A DNA stretch of 62,922 nucleotides, counting the filler, from Octopus bimaculoides (Eukaryota), in the NCBI RefSeq assembly GCF_001194135.2. It is 5 parts of 5 records of this genome, joined end to end, with 100 filler letters (N's around TTAATTAATTAA, not from the genome) between each part and the next. Parts side by side here need not be neighbours in the genome. Positions count along the whole stretch, not along the records: positions 1 to 23,932 come from NC_069001.1; positions 24,033 to 50,857 come from NC_068993.1; 3 more parts are not named here. One strand, given 5' to 3'. Shown here one piece after another: positions 13,025 through 27,351 of the stretch. The notes under the pieces are model-generated. The model did no database searches and had not been told where the DNA came from. It saw only the letters and a list, made by a program, of their open reading frames with translations. Both the position numbers and the translations under genes were made by a program. The stretch's first letter is position 1. Each line of letters opens with the position of its first letter.

Positions 13025-13125
13025 CTGAACATAATTCCACTTCTACTAATACTACTACTTTTACTACAACCACCACCATTCCCACTCCAACTCCTCCACC
13101 TCGTAATACTACCACTATTGCTACA

Positions 13126-13173
<48 letters not shown>

Positions 13174-13420
13174 CAATATATTAGTGATAATGATAACAAA
13201 ATTATTGAAATTAGTAAATTTGTACATCAGAACTACCATCACCATCATTGTCATCATCGTCCTCCCTTTCCTCCACTTCCTCTTCGTTATCGTCGTCATC
13301 ATCATCATCATCATTATCACTGTCATCGACTTCTGTATCATAAATGTGACTCCTAATAACAAATTGTTGTTTTGGGTGTGAAGACGACGACGACAATGAT
13401 CACAATGATGACGCAATTAC
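13025..13420. repeat. Compound triplet array (CTA, CCA, TAA, TCA, CGA)
   Basis: Directly visible; explains the low-complexity ORFs here. Confidence 0.85.
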
Positions 13421-14539
13421 AAGGAGTTAATAACGATGAAGAGGATTATGATGTTAATAAGGATAACATCAACAACATCATCGTTATCTTGTGATAGTAA
13501 TGAACAGAAATATGAAGACCAAAACAGAAGGAAAAAAGAGGAATTACTAGGTGGACCAAATATACGCACGGCTTTATTTTGCTGTGCATACAATCTTGTG
13601 GGAGCTTTTCTGGCCCAGGGAGTCAATTAAAATATTGATGAGATGATTATGTAATAAGAACAAAATTAGATACAAAATTCCATTATTCAACATCGAAGCT
13701 ATGAAAAACGTCTTGATATTTTTCTGTTGCTGAAATATTTTATGTTTTATTCCTCGTTTGGTTGGTTATTTAGTGGCTGGGTTCTATCGAGACGAGTCTT
13801 AGGAAAGTGTTTTGTTTTCATTTGTTCAAAATAATTGAGAAGCAGGAATACAGCTTAGTTTAACCCTTATCAAAATATTTATGAATATGCATGGATAGTC
13901 AGAGTAATATTTCAATTTAGAATATCTCTGTTATCGAAGAATATTATCTGTGTGTGCGCGTATGTGTATATATGTATTATTTTTTGTTTTCCCCCTTTCA
14001 ATTATTTATTTTTTTTTATTTTTATATATCTGCATATTTTGAAGAATGCATTATAACTGTTTTTAATACAGAAAAGCAGCGCAACCATTCACAGATCTTT
14101 TTTTCAATGAAACAAGTTCGCATCTACGTTGAGCTGTTTTGCTTCACTTACACTTTGCAATTGAAGATAAAACATTTTGATTTCATTGGCAATAATCATT
14201 GTGCATTTAGATGTATATCGATAGGTGATCTTTCTATCTCTACTTGCTCATTGCTTCGGCAAACTCATGTGCAAACGTTTTATTGTTTTCTCGTTCATTA
14301 TTTGCCAGGAACATTATACATCTAACCAAATTTATTCAACTTCTTCCTTTTTATAAGTTATTATTTTGCGTTATTTTGGGAGAGATTTCGCCGATATTTC
14401 TAACTGACAATGTCCCAAATTTAGTAAATATGAAAAACCATTTATGAGGGATAATTTTCGCACACAAATAAATTTTAAACAATTTGTTGCTGAAATTTCT
14501 GTGTACACATGAAAAATAGAAGGTTTGATGTCCTATGAC

Positions 14540-14900
14540 CGGCGCAAGCGTAGTTCTTTGATAAGAAGCTTGCTTCGCAACCACATGGTTTCGGGTTCGG
14601 TTTTACTGCATGGTACCTTCAGCAAGTGCCTTCTATTATAGCCCCGGGCCGACCAAATCATTGTGAGTGTATTTGGTAGACGAAAACTGTATATGCTTGT
14701 GTGAATGTACTTGACCCCCACCATCGTTTGAAACCACTTTTGGTGTGTTTACTTCCCCGTAACTTAGCGGTTCAGTAAAAGAGTCCGATAGAATAAGTAC
14801 TAGGCTTAAAAGGAATGTCTTGCGGTCGCTTTGTTCGACTAAAAACGGTGCTCCAGCGTGGCCGCAGTCAAATGACTGGAGCAAATAAAAGAATAAAAGA
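14540..14900 (+). mobile_element. SINE family A, full length
   Basis: ggcgcaagcgtag..ggttcggtttt head, tail ending aaataaaagaataaaaga. Confidence 0.9.
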
Positions 14901-15130
14901 AATTCCAAACTCGAAAACTGTTCACTAATTCCTTGTTTAATATCCACGAATGTTACAAGTATTTTAATCCTAAGAGTTAAACCGACATTTCAAACTTTGT
15001 TTTTCGTTGCAGAATTTCGGTTTCAGTTCCAGTGTAACGTAAGATGACTCACACAGAGAAGAACCTATAATTTTTCTAATAAGTTTCTCGAAGACCTGTT
15101 TACTCTGATGTATAAAATACTGACTTTAAA

Positions 15131-15366
15131 GGCGGTGAGTTGGCAGAAGTGTTAGCAGGCCGGGCGAAATGCTTAGCGGTATTTCATCTGCCCCTACGTT
15201 CTGAGTTCAAATTCCGCCGACGTCGACTTTGCCTTTCATCCTTTCAGGGTCGATAAATTAAGTACCAGTTATGCACTGGGGTCGATGTAATCGCCTTAAT
15301 CCCTTTGTCTGTCCTTGTTTGTCCCCTCTATGTTTAGTCCCTTGTGGACAATAAAGAAATAAGAAA
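15131..15366 (+). mobile_element. SINE family B, full length (tail type i)
   Basis: ggcggtgagttggcagaa A-box-like, gagttcaaattcc B-box-like, central gtcgactttgcctttcatcctttcagggtcgataaattaagtaccag, tail tttgtcccctctatgtttag..aataaagaaataag. Confidence 0.92.
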
Positions 15367-15965
15367 TATTGCTTTTTCTCAGTTTTGTGCTTGTTGTATT
15401 TGGTTATGAGAGTCGTTGAAGTTGAGTACAATCTGTCCTTGACTTAAATTTCGCATCGTCAAAGCTGGTTCGGGTATGAAAATATATATCTCGTTTTATT
15501 ACCAATGTACCAGTGGTGACCATCAAGCTACTAAAATATGTATCGGTAGCCATTTATATGGGTAGAGGTGCTCACCTAATTTCATAAAAATCATCTTAAA
15601 GTATATACGGCCTAAAAGAATGTTATGTGTGTAATCATAATTAAAACAACTGTTTTGTAGAAAAAAGAAGAATTAGAAACAGACGAAACCAAATGGAAAT
15701 GGATTCAGAATGGTATTACAATGGCAATAAAAATTTGACTAAACAAATCAATCATAACAATAAATGTACAAACAGATGGTAGTATCAACACTTGAAGGTT
15801 CTGTAAAATTTCATATTTTGCTTACAAAATTAATTTTCCAATCTCTACCATCGCCTCCGTTACTTTTATCCAACTTTGCCTGTTAGGAATCACATTATTA
15901 AACGCTCTCATTCATTCAAGCATTGAAAATACGCCTTATTTTACATTCTGTTTTGATTTTAGGGT

Positions 15966-16000
<35 letters not shown>

Positions 16001-16664
16001 GCACAAGTACACGTACACATATATACGCAAACAAGCACGCACAAATATATTAGTTTAAACTTTCCTTTTCATCTGATATTTGTTGTTTTGGCTTCTGTTC
16101 TTCTCTACTCAGCATAATTCCATTCCCCTCACATTCTATTCTAGTCTTTTCTTTTATATACAACGTCATATGACCCCTCAATATGAAGTATTTTAACCGA
16201 ATATCATACATTATCTTCAATTTACAAGTTATCTAACACCTGAAATATTTCCTCTAGATTCCTGATAACAATATGTTTCATGAGATATTTTGTCTTCACA
16301 AACGATCTGAGAGCAAATATTTTGACAGTCATGCTGTAAAAAATTTACTTTCGGTAAAATAAAATTCCACATTTCAATTTTAGGTTTTATGATATTTTTC
16401 GGTTTCCACAAAGAACGTTTTTAAAATACAAACACGCATACACTTAGTCACTCACAGACACGCACACACGAACACACACATATACAAACACAAGCATACA
16501 CACCATATATATATGTATCTATAAATATATGGAAAGAGGAAGACGCATGGGCGCCTGTGTGTATATACACATACGAGAGCACGCACACATTTACACATAA
16601 CCATATGTACTTGTATAAGAATATAAATAGACATGTATATGCGTGTGTTTGTGTATACATACAT

Positions 16665-16872
16665 CTTTTATCTCCTATTTCTTTATTTGCTTCAGTCATT
16701 CGGCTGCGGCCATGTTGGGGCACCGATTTGTAATTTTTTTAGGCGAGCGAATAATCTACAGTACTAACCTTTGTTTAAAACCTCTCTTTGCCGAACCGGG
16801 TACTCAAACACACCAACTCTGGTTGTTGTCAAGTGGTGGTGGGGGACACAGACATGAAGACACACTCACAAG

Positions 16873-16910
<38 letters not shown>

Positions 16911-16952
16911 CACATATACATATACGGCGGGCTTCTTTCAGATTCTGTCTAC
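16665..16952 (-). mobile_element. SINE family A with internal (TA)n; head runs into a gap
   Basis: Reverse complement of the family A tail, (TA)n at ~16875-16908, then cggcgggcttctttcag. Confidence 0.85.
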
Positions 16953-17536
16953 CNNNNNNNNNNNNNNNNNNNNNNNNNNNNNNNNNNNNNNNNNNNNNNN
17001 NNNNNNNNNNNNNNNNNNNNNNNNNNNNNNNNNNNNNNNNNNNNNNNNNTTTCAGAGAATTTTCTAATTAACCCGCTTCCACATAAATTTCTTGATTTTG
17101 AAATTGCCTTTTGTTTTTGCTTAGCAGGTTGTGAGGAAAAAAAAAATCTTAACATTTCGATCACTATTTTAGTCGTCGTTGTGAAAGGTGTAATTTTCAC
17201 ACTTGCAATGTAACATATAAACGAATTTGGTTGATTGAAAGATATTTGACGTCCTACAAGGCTAAAATGAACAGTAAGATAGCATACATTGAACTCAAGA
17301 AACAATTGTCTCATGACCTATAACTATCACGTGTTATAGCCATAAAAATCGTTTTGACATACCACCACAAGGATACAGAGACAACTTCCAACATCGATTC
17401 ATTGTGAAAACAAGACATTATACGGCCTTGAGACACTTTTAATTTAATTGTAGACTTTAATGTTCGAAAGAAATTACTACCATCATACTTTCATGGAAAA
17501 GATTCCGCCATCTCGCCGCCTCCACTTTTTGAATAT

Positions 17537-17940
17537 TGATTTCAAATTTTGGCACATGGCCAGCAATTTTCGGGGAGGGGATAGGTCGATTGCATCGACC
17601 ATAGTGTGTAACTAATACTTAGTTTATCGACCCCGAAAGGATGAAAGGCAAATTTGACCATGGTGGACTTTGAACTCAGAACGTAAAGACGGACGAAATG
17701 CTGGCAAGCATTTTGCCCTGCGGGATAACGATTTCTTTTCTACTCTAGGCATAAGGCCTGAATTTGTGGGTGGGGAGGAGGCCAGTCAATTAGATCGACT
17801 CCAGTACGCAACTGGTATTTAATTTATTGACCCCGAAAAGATGAAAAGCAATGTCGACCTCGGCGGAATTTGAACTCAGAACGTAAAGACAGACGAAATA
17901 CCGCTAAGCATTTCGCCCGGCGTGCTAACGCTCACCACCT
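17537..17940 (-). mobile_element. Head-to-tail pair of family B SINEs (tail ii at 17537-17733, tail iii at 17734-17940)
   Basis: Two successive copies of atcgaccccgaaa..tttgaactcagaacgtaaagac. Confidence 0.88.
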
Positions 17941-18988
17941 TCTTCTTATTCAATACTAGCAGTAATATTAATGTCGGTTAGGTGGATCTCGAGTTATAAA
18001 CATGACAAACACACAGACAGATGCACATTATGTGTTATATATATACATTTTGTGACACGTTAGCACACTTTGTAAAATACTTAATATTATGTAATTGAAT
18101 TACCCCTTCACCTAAATTACTGGTTTTGTGCCAAAATTTTAAGGCAATATATCGTTTGTTAGTGGTTAATTTTCGTCGTAACATTCGCATAAACTGTGAG
18201 TTCATGTTTACTGATAGTGCACCGTATTCTACATCCCCTAAGTCAGTTCCTTTAAGAATTATCTTATGAATGATCAGCAAACTTCCACGAAAAATATTAC
18301 TCTTTCATTCATTCCACAACATATGTGTTAAGACTACTAATATGCCAATAAATATATAATTAATGCATCGATACATAATTAATACACTTAGTAGTAATTT
18401 ACAGATATGGCATTTAGAGAAAATTGTACACCTAAAAATTGTATAAACAAATATATATTCATCTGTGATTAGAAGTGAAAATGAAGCGCTCTTTTAAAAG
18501 CTTTTATATGTATCCACATTTATTAGTGCAAAATTTGTACAGTAATTCCTGAAAGTAGAATATTCTATGGCGTAAATAATTGGAAATATACTTTATGGAT
18601 TTCTATAGCTCCTTTTTAATTAGAACATCACTTCTCAGTTAAATGAATTATGTTTGACATTATTTTTGACCCGATTACATTGCTTTGAAGATGTTAATCA
18701 GATATGCTTCAATATTGATTAGTTTGACTTAGCAAAATATTACTTTAGCACTCGAATGCGGATATTCTGTTAAAATTAGTCCAAAAGTATCACTGTTATT
18801 TTTATCAGTCAGAGTATCATTTTGTATTTTTGATATAAATGTATAAAGGATTCAATAATGGACAGTTCATGAAGTATTATGCCTTTATTTTGCTTCTGCT
18901 AAGTCTATTTAAATATGAGAGTAAGATGCGTTATAAAAGTACTATACAATACAGTATATAAGGAGTTCTCCCATAAAATTATCATGTT

Positions 18989-19199
18989 GGTTTCAAATTT
19001 TGGCGCAAAAGCCAGCAATTTAGGGGAAGGGGCCAATTTGATAACGTCGACCCTACTGCTCGATTGGTACTTGTTTTATCCACTCCAGAAAGATGAAATT
19101 AAAGTCGACCCCGGCAGAATTTGAACTCAGAATGTAAGGACGGACGAAATGCCGCAAAGCATTTGCCCGGCGTGCTAACGATTCTTCTAACTCGCCGCC
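18989..19199 (-). mobile_element. SINE family B, full length (tail ii)
   Basis: tttcaaattttggcgcaaaagccagcaat ... ctcgccgcc. Confidence 0.88.
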
Positions 19200-19619
19200 G
19201 TTTTATTACATCGTATTGACAGAAAAACTGTAGTCCCGAAAACCTTACACACTTTCTGAAAGTGATTTGGAGAAGGGACGAATGAAAATCGACTCGTATT
19301 GATGCAGCATGGAGCAGCGCATATAGCTTTACTCAGATTGAAGACTTAGACAAATGTTTATAACCTAATTGTCTTCACTTAAACAATTAAAGACAAACTG
19401 GTAATATGAAACAGCGAGGGGTTAGATCACCATCGCACTGTAAATACAGTCAGACATGCTTCGCCACAGTTTCCATGAACAAAATTTTAATAAAATTGAC
19501 TAGATTCTGTAAGGCATTTACGAAAATTACCAGGCAGTTGGAAGAAAGAAACCCAAAATTATATAATTGTAATTGCAAACACAGTCTAAAAGTCCCCAAA
19601 ATGTACATATAGTAGTATA

Positions 19620-20395
19620 AAAAAATTGGCCACGGGAATGGTGGTGTTGCTAAGACATTTGATTGGCAGCGCCAAAATTTCAATTTTAACCTCACCGTAC
19701 TCTACCCCTGTCCGCTGTATTTATTATACCGTAGCCTCAGGCGAGTATCAGAGCATTTGGAAAGAAATTTCTTTTATATACATATGTAACTTTCAAATGT
19801 TTAAATTACGCAAATGTCTTCATAAAATAAGACAAATAAACAGACAAGTCAATTTTTATACACTTACATTTATTATAACACACACGGATCTCTTTGGGGT
19901 TGATAAAATAAGTACCAGTTGAGCAATACGACTTACCCACTTTCTCGAATCTTCTGGCCTTGCGCCAAAATTTGAAATCAAGTTTGTTCCAAGTTTGCGT
20001 TCTGCGTTCAAATCTCACCAAGGCTGACTTCGCCTTTCATCCTTTCGAGGTCGATAAAATAAGTGCCAGTTGAGTTATGGGGAGGGGGAGACGTATTTGA
20101 TATATAACCCCCCACCCCCACAAAACATTACTTTAGGCCAGTGTATCAAAATTTTAAATCGATATTATGTTCAATTTAAGGAACCAAGCTGGCAGAATCG
20201 TTAGCAGGCCGGGTAAAATGCTTACCAGCATTCTGTCAGCCTTTACGTTCTGAGTTCAGATTCCATCAGCGTCGATTTTTGTTTTCCATCAACTCGCTAA
20301 AATAAACACCAGCTGAATATCGGAATGCATGTAATCAACCTATTCCCTCTCCCGAAACTGCTGACCTTCTGCCAAAACTGAAAGCAGTTTTATGT
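19620..20395. mobile_element. Cluster of family B SINE fragments in both orientations
   Basis: Several gataaaataagtaccagttgag and ccaaaatttgaaatc blocks; head gctggcagaatcgttagc at ~20188. Confidence 0.75.
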
Positions 20396-22998
20396 AGCTT
20401 AGAGCCCTAAAACTGACGTAATTTTCCTACTATTTTAGCAGATCTAATGATCACCTAGAGGTTGCTTCGAAGTTGGATTTTTAATTGGAGCTTTAATCTT
20501 ATATTTTTATTGTTGTGTTTCGAAACGGAAACCGTGGGAATGGTTTACGATTTGTGTTACACATCTTATTAACATACTCATTCCACTACTGTTCTGTTTT
20601 TAACTCCAACTGATCTAACATCAAGATGTATTATGAGCAATATGCTTTCAGGCTCGTCCATGTAGCGTTGTCCAACCAGAATTTTCTTATGCCTATCGAA
20701 TGTGACTTTCTTTTGTCAGAGGGTTAAAATAGCAAAAGGGAAAGTTGGCGGCTCTCTACAATAATTCACAGAAATTCCCACAGATTCCCCTGTTGATGCT
20801 GTTATTGCTGCTTTGTGTTATTTATTGGAGTTCATGGCGGCAATATTTCTTTCACTTTCTGACATATATACTGGTGGAGCCTATTTCCTCTTCCCATTCC
20901 GTAACTGTTATTACAGCTTTCTTCAGTCTCTTGCCAAATGATGATTGCAATAGAAATAAACGTTCCGAAAAAAAAAAACAAAAAAAAAACAAGAAATTTC
21001 GAACATTATTAAATTTGAACGAGTTATATTGGGAATTAAAACTTAATATTCTTAATCTAATTAGTAATAACATATTTTAAGCGTAAAAAAGTGAGGTAAA
21101 TGCAATTATATGGCGATAAAGACAAAACATAATATTAGTTAATGATAAATGTAATTTAAATTATTTAGACAAATGTGGCAAGCGTGTTTTCGCTTTATTA
21201 TACCTAACACTGTAGAGCGTACATCATTCTACTTGAAGAGAAGCATTGTACATTTAGAATTTGGAGTTTAGCAAATTGAAAGTAGACGGAAATTGGAAAT
21301 CAGCCATGGCTGTCTGCTGATTTCTTTAAATACTGAAGAAACAAAATATATTGCCACATCATATGAGGAACTGGCTGAGTTTTGATAGTGTTGGATGAAA
21401 TACTTAGCCGTAATTTTGTCGACCTTTTCTGTTCAGTGTGCAATTTCAGTGAAAGAGGAATTTATTTTCCGACTTTACGGGATCGATAAATAAATTAGCA
21501 ATTTAGGTGGCGATAGACTTGTTGGTGATATTATCACTTGTGATGATATTTATTTCATCTCTTTGAGTTCAAATCAAATCGTAACGCACATAATCTCCTC
21601 ACCAGAATTAACACCTGAATTATAGTCGAAGTCCACTTGGTAGCAACTTTTCTGCTTAGATCTCCAGAGTTCCTTGACATTAGTTTCAGAGAGCATGGTA
21701 AGGGTCATGGGATTTCTGCTTTCTCCAGACTAAATGCAAGGCATGTTCGGTGCTTATATATATAAAAGAGAGAAGAAAATTTATTAACGGAAATTAAAAA
21801 CGTGATGAAGAGAAATAATCCTTCGATCATTAGATCAAACTTACTCCACAGAGGAGATACCAACATGCATTCTAATTAATTAGAACTAACTAAAAGATGA
21901 ATATAGTCAATACAGTGAGGGGTGTGCCTTATCTCAGCTGTATAATGATATCTGGATCAAAACGGGGTCATATTTCTTCACTCTGGAGTCGAATTCATAT
22001 TATTCATTCAGTCTACCGCAGACATACAGAGGTTAATAGAAATTTCACTGTTGTTTGGGTTAACCAGATTTGCTCAACACGTTATTGATTTGTCCTCATT
22101 ACTGGTGTAATATTAATAAATTAAGCATTTTAGCTTGGTTATATCAAAAATGTGGTTATTGTTTTGATTGGGCTTTTCCCCGGTTCGTGCTGTTCTTAAT
22201 TTGTCCTTTGGTTCTTCAAACTATAAGAGTAGGATCTCAGCTGTCGGAGCAAGAGACAGTCAATCAGTTTCGTCAAAAATGTATGGAAATATACTCTGCA
22301 TGAATTCATTGTGAGAAGTAGAAAATACAACATTTAAGTTACAGTGCCTTTTTAGTTAGAAGTTAGAAAATGTTAGTATCATTGTTATTTAGATTTCGAA
22401 ATGAATGTAAATTAGTGATCGAAAAAGATACTGGTGTAAAAGAGGAGAGAACTTTTAGCTTACGATCGCGTAAGTAGAGTGGGAACTGCAGCAGGAGGGA
22501 GGTATAAAACTGTGATAGAGGGGATCAAGCTATGGAATAAGACAAGGGTGAGTTGAAATGCAGAGCGGTATTTTGTGCGAAAGCAAGGTGAGACGTGATG
22601 ATTGAGGTCGCAGAGCAGAGATTTTCGTGACAAATCAATACACATACAATGAAACTGATTGCCATATCAGTAAATTGAAAGCGAAAAGTCGAGAAAAAGG
22701 AATGAGCGGGTGTTAGGTTTTGATAAAAAAGGATCGTGAAATAAAAATTTGCTACTGTGGTTGATAGAAACTATATCGAATGATATTGTTGAACAATAAA
22801 TAATAAATAAATAAATTACTATCAGAAATACATAGCATGTGTAGTATGAAGAATGTATTATCTCAGCAATTATAAAGCCATATAACTCGATAATGGCGCC
22901 TAAAACCTAAAATTAAGCAAGTGAAACAATTTCAGGATTGTCATTTTGAAACAATACATGTTTTTCTTTAGACAACTACAATTTTGTCACTTCAGAAA

Positions 22999-23034
<36 letters not shown>

Positions 23035-23300
23035 AATGAGAATGTGTGTCTGTGTGTCTGTGTGAATCCCTAAAACTCCAGAACTACACAACCAATTTCA
23101 TTCAAATTTTACACATGCCTTACTTAGGGTCCCAGTTGTGTTTTAGTCAAAACAAATCTTTAACTTTTTGCATAGTTCGAGCCCACAGCAACATAATATC
23201 TCCTCCACTATTTAAGTATTACGTGTCAAAAGTGAAACAAAAACACTCAAGTCAAATACTTTCACTTTAAAAATGAAACTTTTCCACTATTTCAGTATCA
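22999..23300 (+). mobile_element. Non-autonomous Helitron-like element, 5' part
   Basis: A|TC(TC)n(TA)nAAATGAGAATGTGTGTCTG start, typical of Helitron/DINE-like 5' ends. No CTAG end seen nearby. Confidence 0.5.
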
Positions 23301-23932
23301 AAACTGAAACAATCAAATTTCGATACTTTAATTTTGCTGGGACTAATTTACACAGCATACGAAAATAAAGACATATTATCACAGAACGTTATTAAACACT
23401 CACAGATCTACGCATATATACCTGACGACTGATATGCGTGAAGTGTCAATACGAAATTTTATTTTCATTTCCTTTAAAACAATACACATTTACTTTTCCA
23501 TTATCGGTTAATAATTATCGCATCAGTTGCAATGTTGGCAGGTAAAATCTAAAATTCTTTGTCTCTCTGTACAAGTGCTTCTATTTCCTTAATTTATAAT
23601 GCATACAAAAGTACAGACATACTAAATACGGTACGTTATTAAACACACACACACTCACACACGCATACACAGCTACACATACATATACATACCTGACGAC
23701 TTAATTTTTTTATTAACCACACAGGGTCGAAACACAGCGGGAACAACACAAGGACAGAAAAAAACACAAAAGTGGAGGAAAAATAAAATCGAACGAAAAG
23801 AATGGTAATGATAAATCAAAAGGTGGAATGACGTCTACTCGAACCCCACACTCCAGTTAACGTCATTGAACGTTTTTAGAAAAAAAAAATTTTTTTTTGA
23901 ACGTGTTATTTTATTTTCGTCTCTTTCTCCTT

Positions 23933-24032
23933 NNNNNNNNNNNNNNNNNNNNNNNNNNNNNNNNNNNNNNNNNNNNTTAATTAATTAANNNNNNNNNNNN
24001 NNNNNNNNNNNNNNNNNNNNNNNNNNNNNNNN
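23933..24032. other. Artificial scaffold joint N44-TTAATTAATTAA-N44
   Basis: Exactly 100 bp. Identical spacers at 50858-50957, 54224-54323 and 59190-59289. The 12-mer gives stops in all six frames. Confidence 0.95.
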
Positions 24033-24158
24033 ACGATACCCCATTTTTTTTTTTGCCCCTACCGATCCCTTTTGATCGGATTTTTTTTTTCTTAAAGAAA
24101 AGCTCTACAGTTGTATTTGTCCCCTCTGTGTGCAGCCCTGTGTGGCTAATAAAAGAAA

Positions 24159-24241
<83 letters not shown>

Positions 24242-24791
24242 CTCTCTCTATCTATCTATCTATCTATCTCTGTGTGTGTGTGTGTGTATAAATATACGTA
24301 CACAAATAGAGACACGTATTTGGGTGTTATCGATGGATTTCTAGACATGAAAATTATTACTAAAATTGATTTTATCAACTAAAATATTTAACTCACTCCT
24401 CAAGCACGGTCGCACTCCATCGACTGAAAGAATGAAAATAACGCCAATAAAATAAGCATCAATAACAACATGAACAACAGAAAATGAAAAATATTCACTG
24501 CTTATAAATACATATTCATGGAAAATCTATTCGTAAAATGTTAAAAAATGTGTATTCTTGTAACTCTTGAGAATATAATTTCATTTCAAAATCATTATTT
24601 GCCTAGCCTAATGGAAACTTAGAATATTACCAATACTCATGTTACATACATCCCGCGTGCTTTTTTGTTTCGTTTGTGCTACAATAACATAAAACTGGTC
24701 AACAGTCAACAAAAATCGAAGTCGCGATTGAACTGAATAGTAGTTAGGAATTAGCTATTTGTGTACTTTGAAAATTAAGAAACACTCGTAT

Positions 24792-24829
<38 letters not shown>

Positions 24830-25534
24830 GCATATGGGTGGGGTATTCATGTGCCTATGAAAGTCTCTGTGTGTGTATCACTAAGTGGACGCCCGTTTGT
24901 GCGTTTGAATGTGACCGCCCAGTCCCAGCTGACGATAACAAAATATGACGTTGATTGCAACTGATAAATATAATGTATAGATGGCCTCTTGTGTATTGGA
25001 AATTGGAGAGAAAGGTTTTGTCACTATCTAAATATATTGAAAGCATAATATCGATGAAGATGTTATTAGACTTTTAGTTTTTACTAATAAATCCCACTGA
25101 TTACTAGCTCTGAACGTCATGTTAGAGTTTAGAACCTATATCACTTTTCAAACGGAAAATTCCCAGAGAATAAGCCCAAATAGCAGCGAGAGAAAATACA
25201 CACATGTACTTATACGCACACACGTACACACACAGTATTTTATATGTTAGTCGTCCCTCGCAAGCAAGGCTGAACTAGAAGACTGTCGTTCGCTTCCGCT
25301 TATTAAGGTGCTCGTGTTGTTCTGAGTTGACATAGAAACACTCTCTCCCCGATACCATGTCATAACAGGGCATCAAAGGCGTTACATCGATTGGGAGAGA
25401 ACCACATCAGCAATCTTCGTGTATTCGTTTCGAATCTCTATCACCCAAATGATTTGGTGAGACAGAATCATTGGTTTAAATGTTGTCATTAGGACTAAAA
25501 TATTGAGGAGAGAGATAGTCATTTACATCTACTT

Positions 25535-25682
25535 CGTATGTGAATTGTACTTTATTTTATCGACCCTGAGATGAACTGCAAAATTGATCTCGGCAGGATT
25601 TGAATTGAGAACTTAAAGAACCGTAACTAAATACCACAAAGCATTTTGTTTGACGCTCAAACAAATCTGTCAGTCGCCCGCC
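25535..25682 (-). mobile_element. SINE family B, diverged
   Basis: ttatcgaccctgagatgaactgcaaaattgatctcggcaggatttgaa..agtcgcccgcc. Confidence 0.7.
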
Positions 25683-26548
25683 ATATGTAGGATACAAATA
25701 CAAGTTAAAAAGAAACACGAAAACAACGAAAAGTAGATATGTATGCCTTGATAGGATTTGAACTCTTTGCCATAAGAATGATGTGATGATACATTTTAAA
25801 TGGAATATTGTACAATAAATTAAGAATATCTCATGAATAATTGTTGATCACTTTCTTATGTAAATGAGAGCACATTTAGAGGTTGACCTGGGTATGACCA
25901 ATTTCACTGATTTCAGTATGTCATCGATTCCACCCGGAAGGGAAGATAGTCAACCTCATCAAGATTTGAAAGATTGTAAAGGATGATTAACTAAACAGTA
26001 CAACCCATTTGGTTCATCTTTCTATTGATTCTGCTAAACCACTTATATATTTTACTACAGTAATTATTGAACCAGTAGATTTATTTCTACTGGTTCTCTT
26101 GATCTGTTAGAAAGGGAAGCCAAATCTTTCAGATTACAAGTTAGCGTCTTAAGACACCGATACAAACCATATAATTCAGTCCAACATATCTTATAACTTC
26201 AAACAGCATATGGTAGCACTCCTGGCTTCCATGATTATATGTCGTTAAATATGAGTTACCGTACAGCTAAGCAACTACAACACTTACTGATTTAGAATTC
26301 TTGCTCGCTTCTCCTTTATAACAAGCACTATTTTGTATATAAAACACATAACGTTATATTTTTCAAATCAATAATAAAATGAACGTAACATTTTCCACTA
26401 CCATTTTCAGTTTGAAGCTCGATATTTTGATTTGATGAATATATTCAATAACTGACTGGATGTTTCAATGTTTTAAACAAACAATCAAATGTCAGAAGTA
26501 CGTGTGATTGAATCAGTATTTCTCGGTATATCTGCCGATTTGTCTGTC

Positions 26549-26633
<85 letters not shown>

Positions 26634-26794
26634 TGTAAAAACGGAGGGAGAGAGGAGAAAATGATATTGGAATTATGACCATAACTATAAATGAAAAGAT
26701 CACAAACTGAAGAAAGGGTTAGAACATAAAAAGAATATATATTATAAGACAAAATAAAAAAAGAGACATATTCACATGTATTCACTGCTAATAC

Positions 26795-26900
<106 letters not shown>

Positions 26901-27351
26901 ACTGAATATGTATTTGGAGAATGAATTTTTTCACTGTAACCCTTGGGAATATGAATTTCATTTCAAATTCATTATTAGACTAATGGAAACTTATGATATT
27001 GACATACAGTATATGTAAAATATATGGTTATGTGTATATATGTTTGTATTTATGTGTATACATGACTGTGCGTATGTGTATATGCGTTATGTGTTTATCT
27101 CTCTCTCTCTCTCTCTCTCTATGTATGTATGTATGTATGTATGTATGTATGTATGTATATATATATGTATGTATATGTATATGTATGTATATATATATAT
27201 ATGTATGTATATATNNNNNNNNNNNNNNNNNNNNNNNNNNNNNNNNNNNNNNNNNNNNNNNNNNNNNNNNNNNNNNNNNNNNNNNNNNNNNNNNNNNNNN
27301 NNNNNNNNNNNNNNNNNNNNNNNNNNNNNNNNNNNNNNNNNNNNNNNNNNN

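Noticed and set aside
13436-13630. 64-aa ORF in unique-looking sequence
   Set aside because: No recognisable homology or convincing splice sites, and the 5' part derives from degenerate triplet repeat.
20620-20945. Possible exon or ORF (111-aa ORF at 20745)
   Set aside because: No start/splice support or recognisable domain; the 3' part runs into A-tracts.
22150-22215. Minus-strand RTARTGEKPNQ resembling a C2H2 zinc-finger linker
   Set aside because: No flanking CxxC or HxxxH, and stops nearby; likely chance.
23977-23988. TTAATTAATTAA islands inside N runs (also 50902, 54268, 59234) as a conserved motif or piggyBac TTAA sites
   Set aside because: Always N44 + 12 + N44 = 100 bp; an artificial six-frame-stop scaffold spacer.
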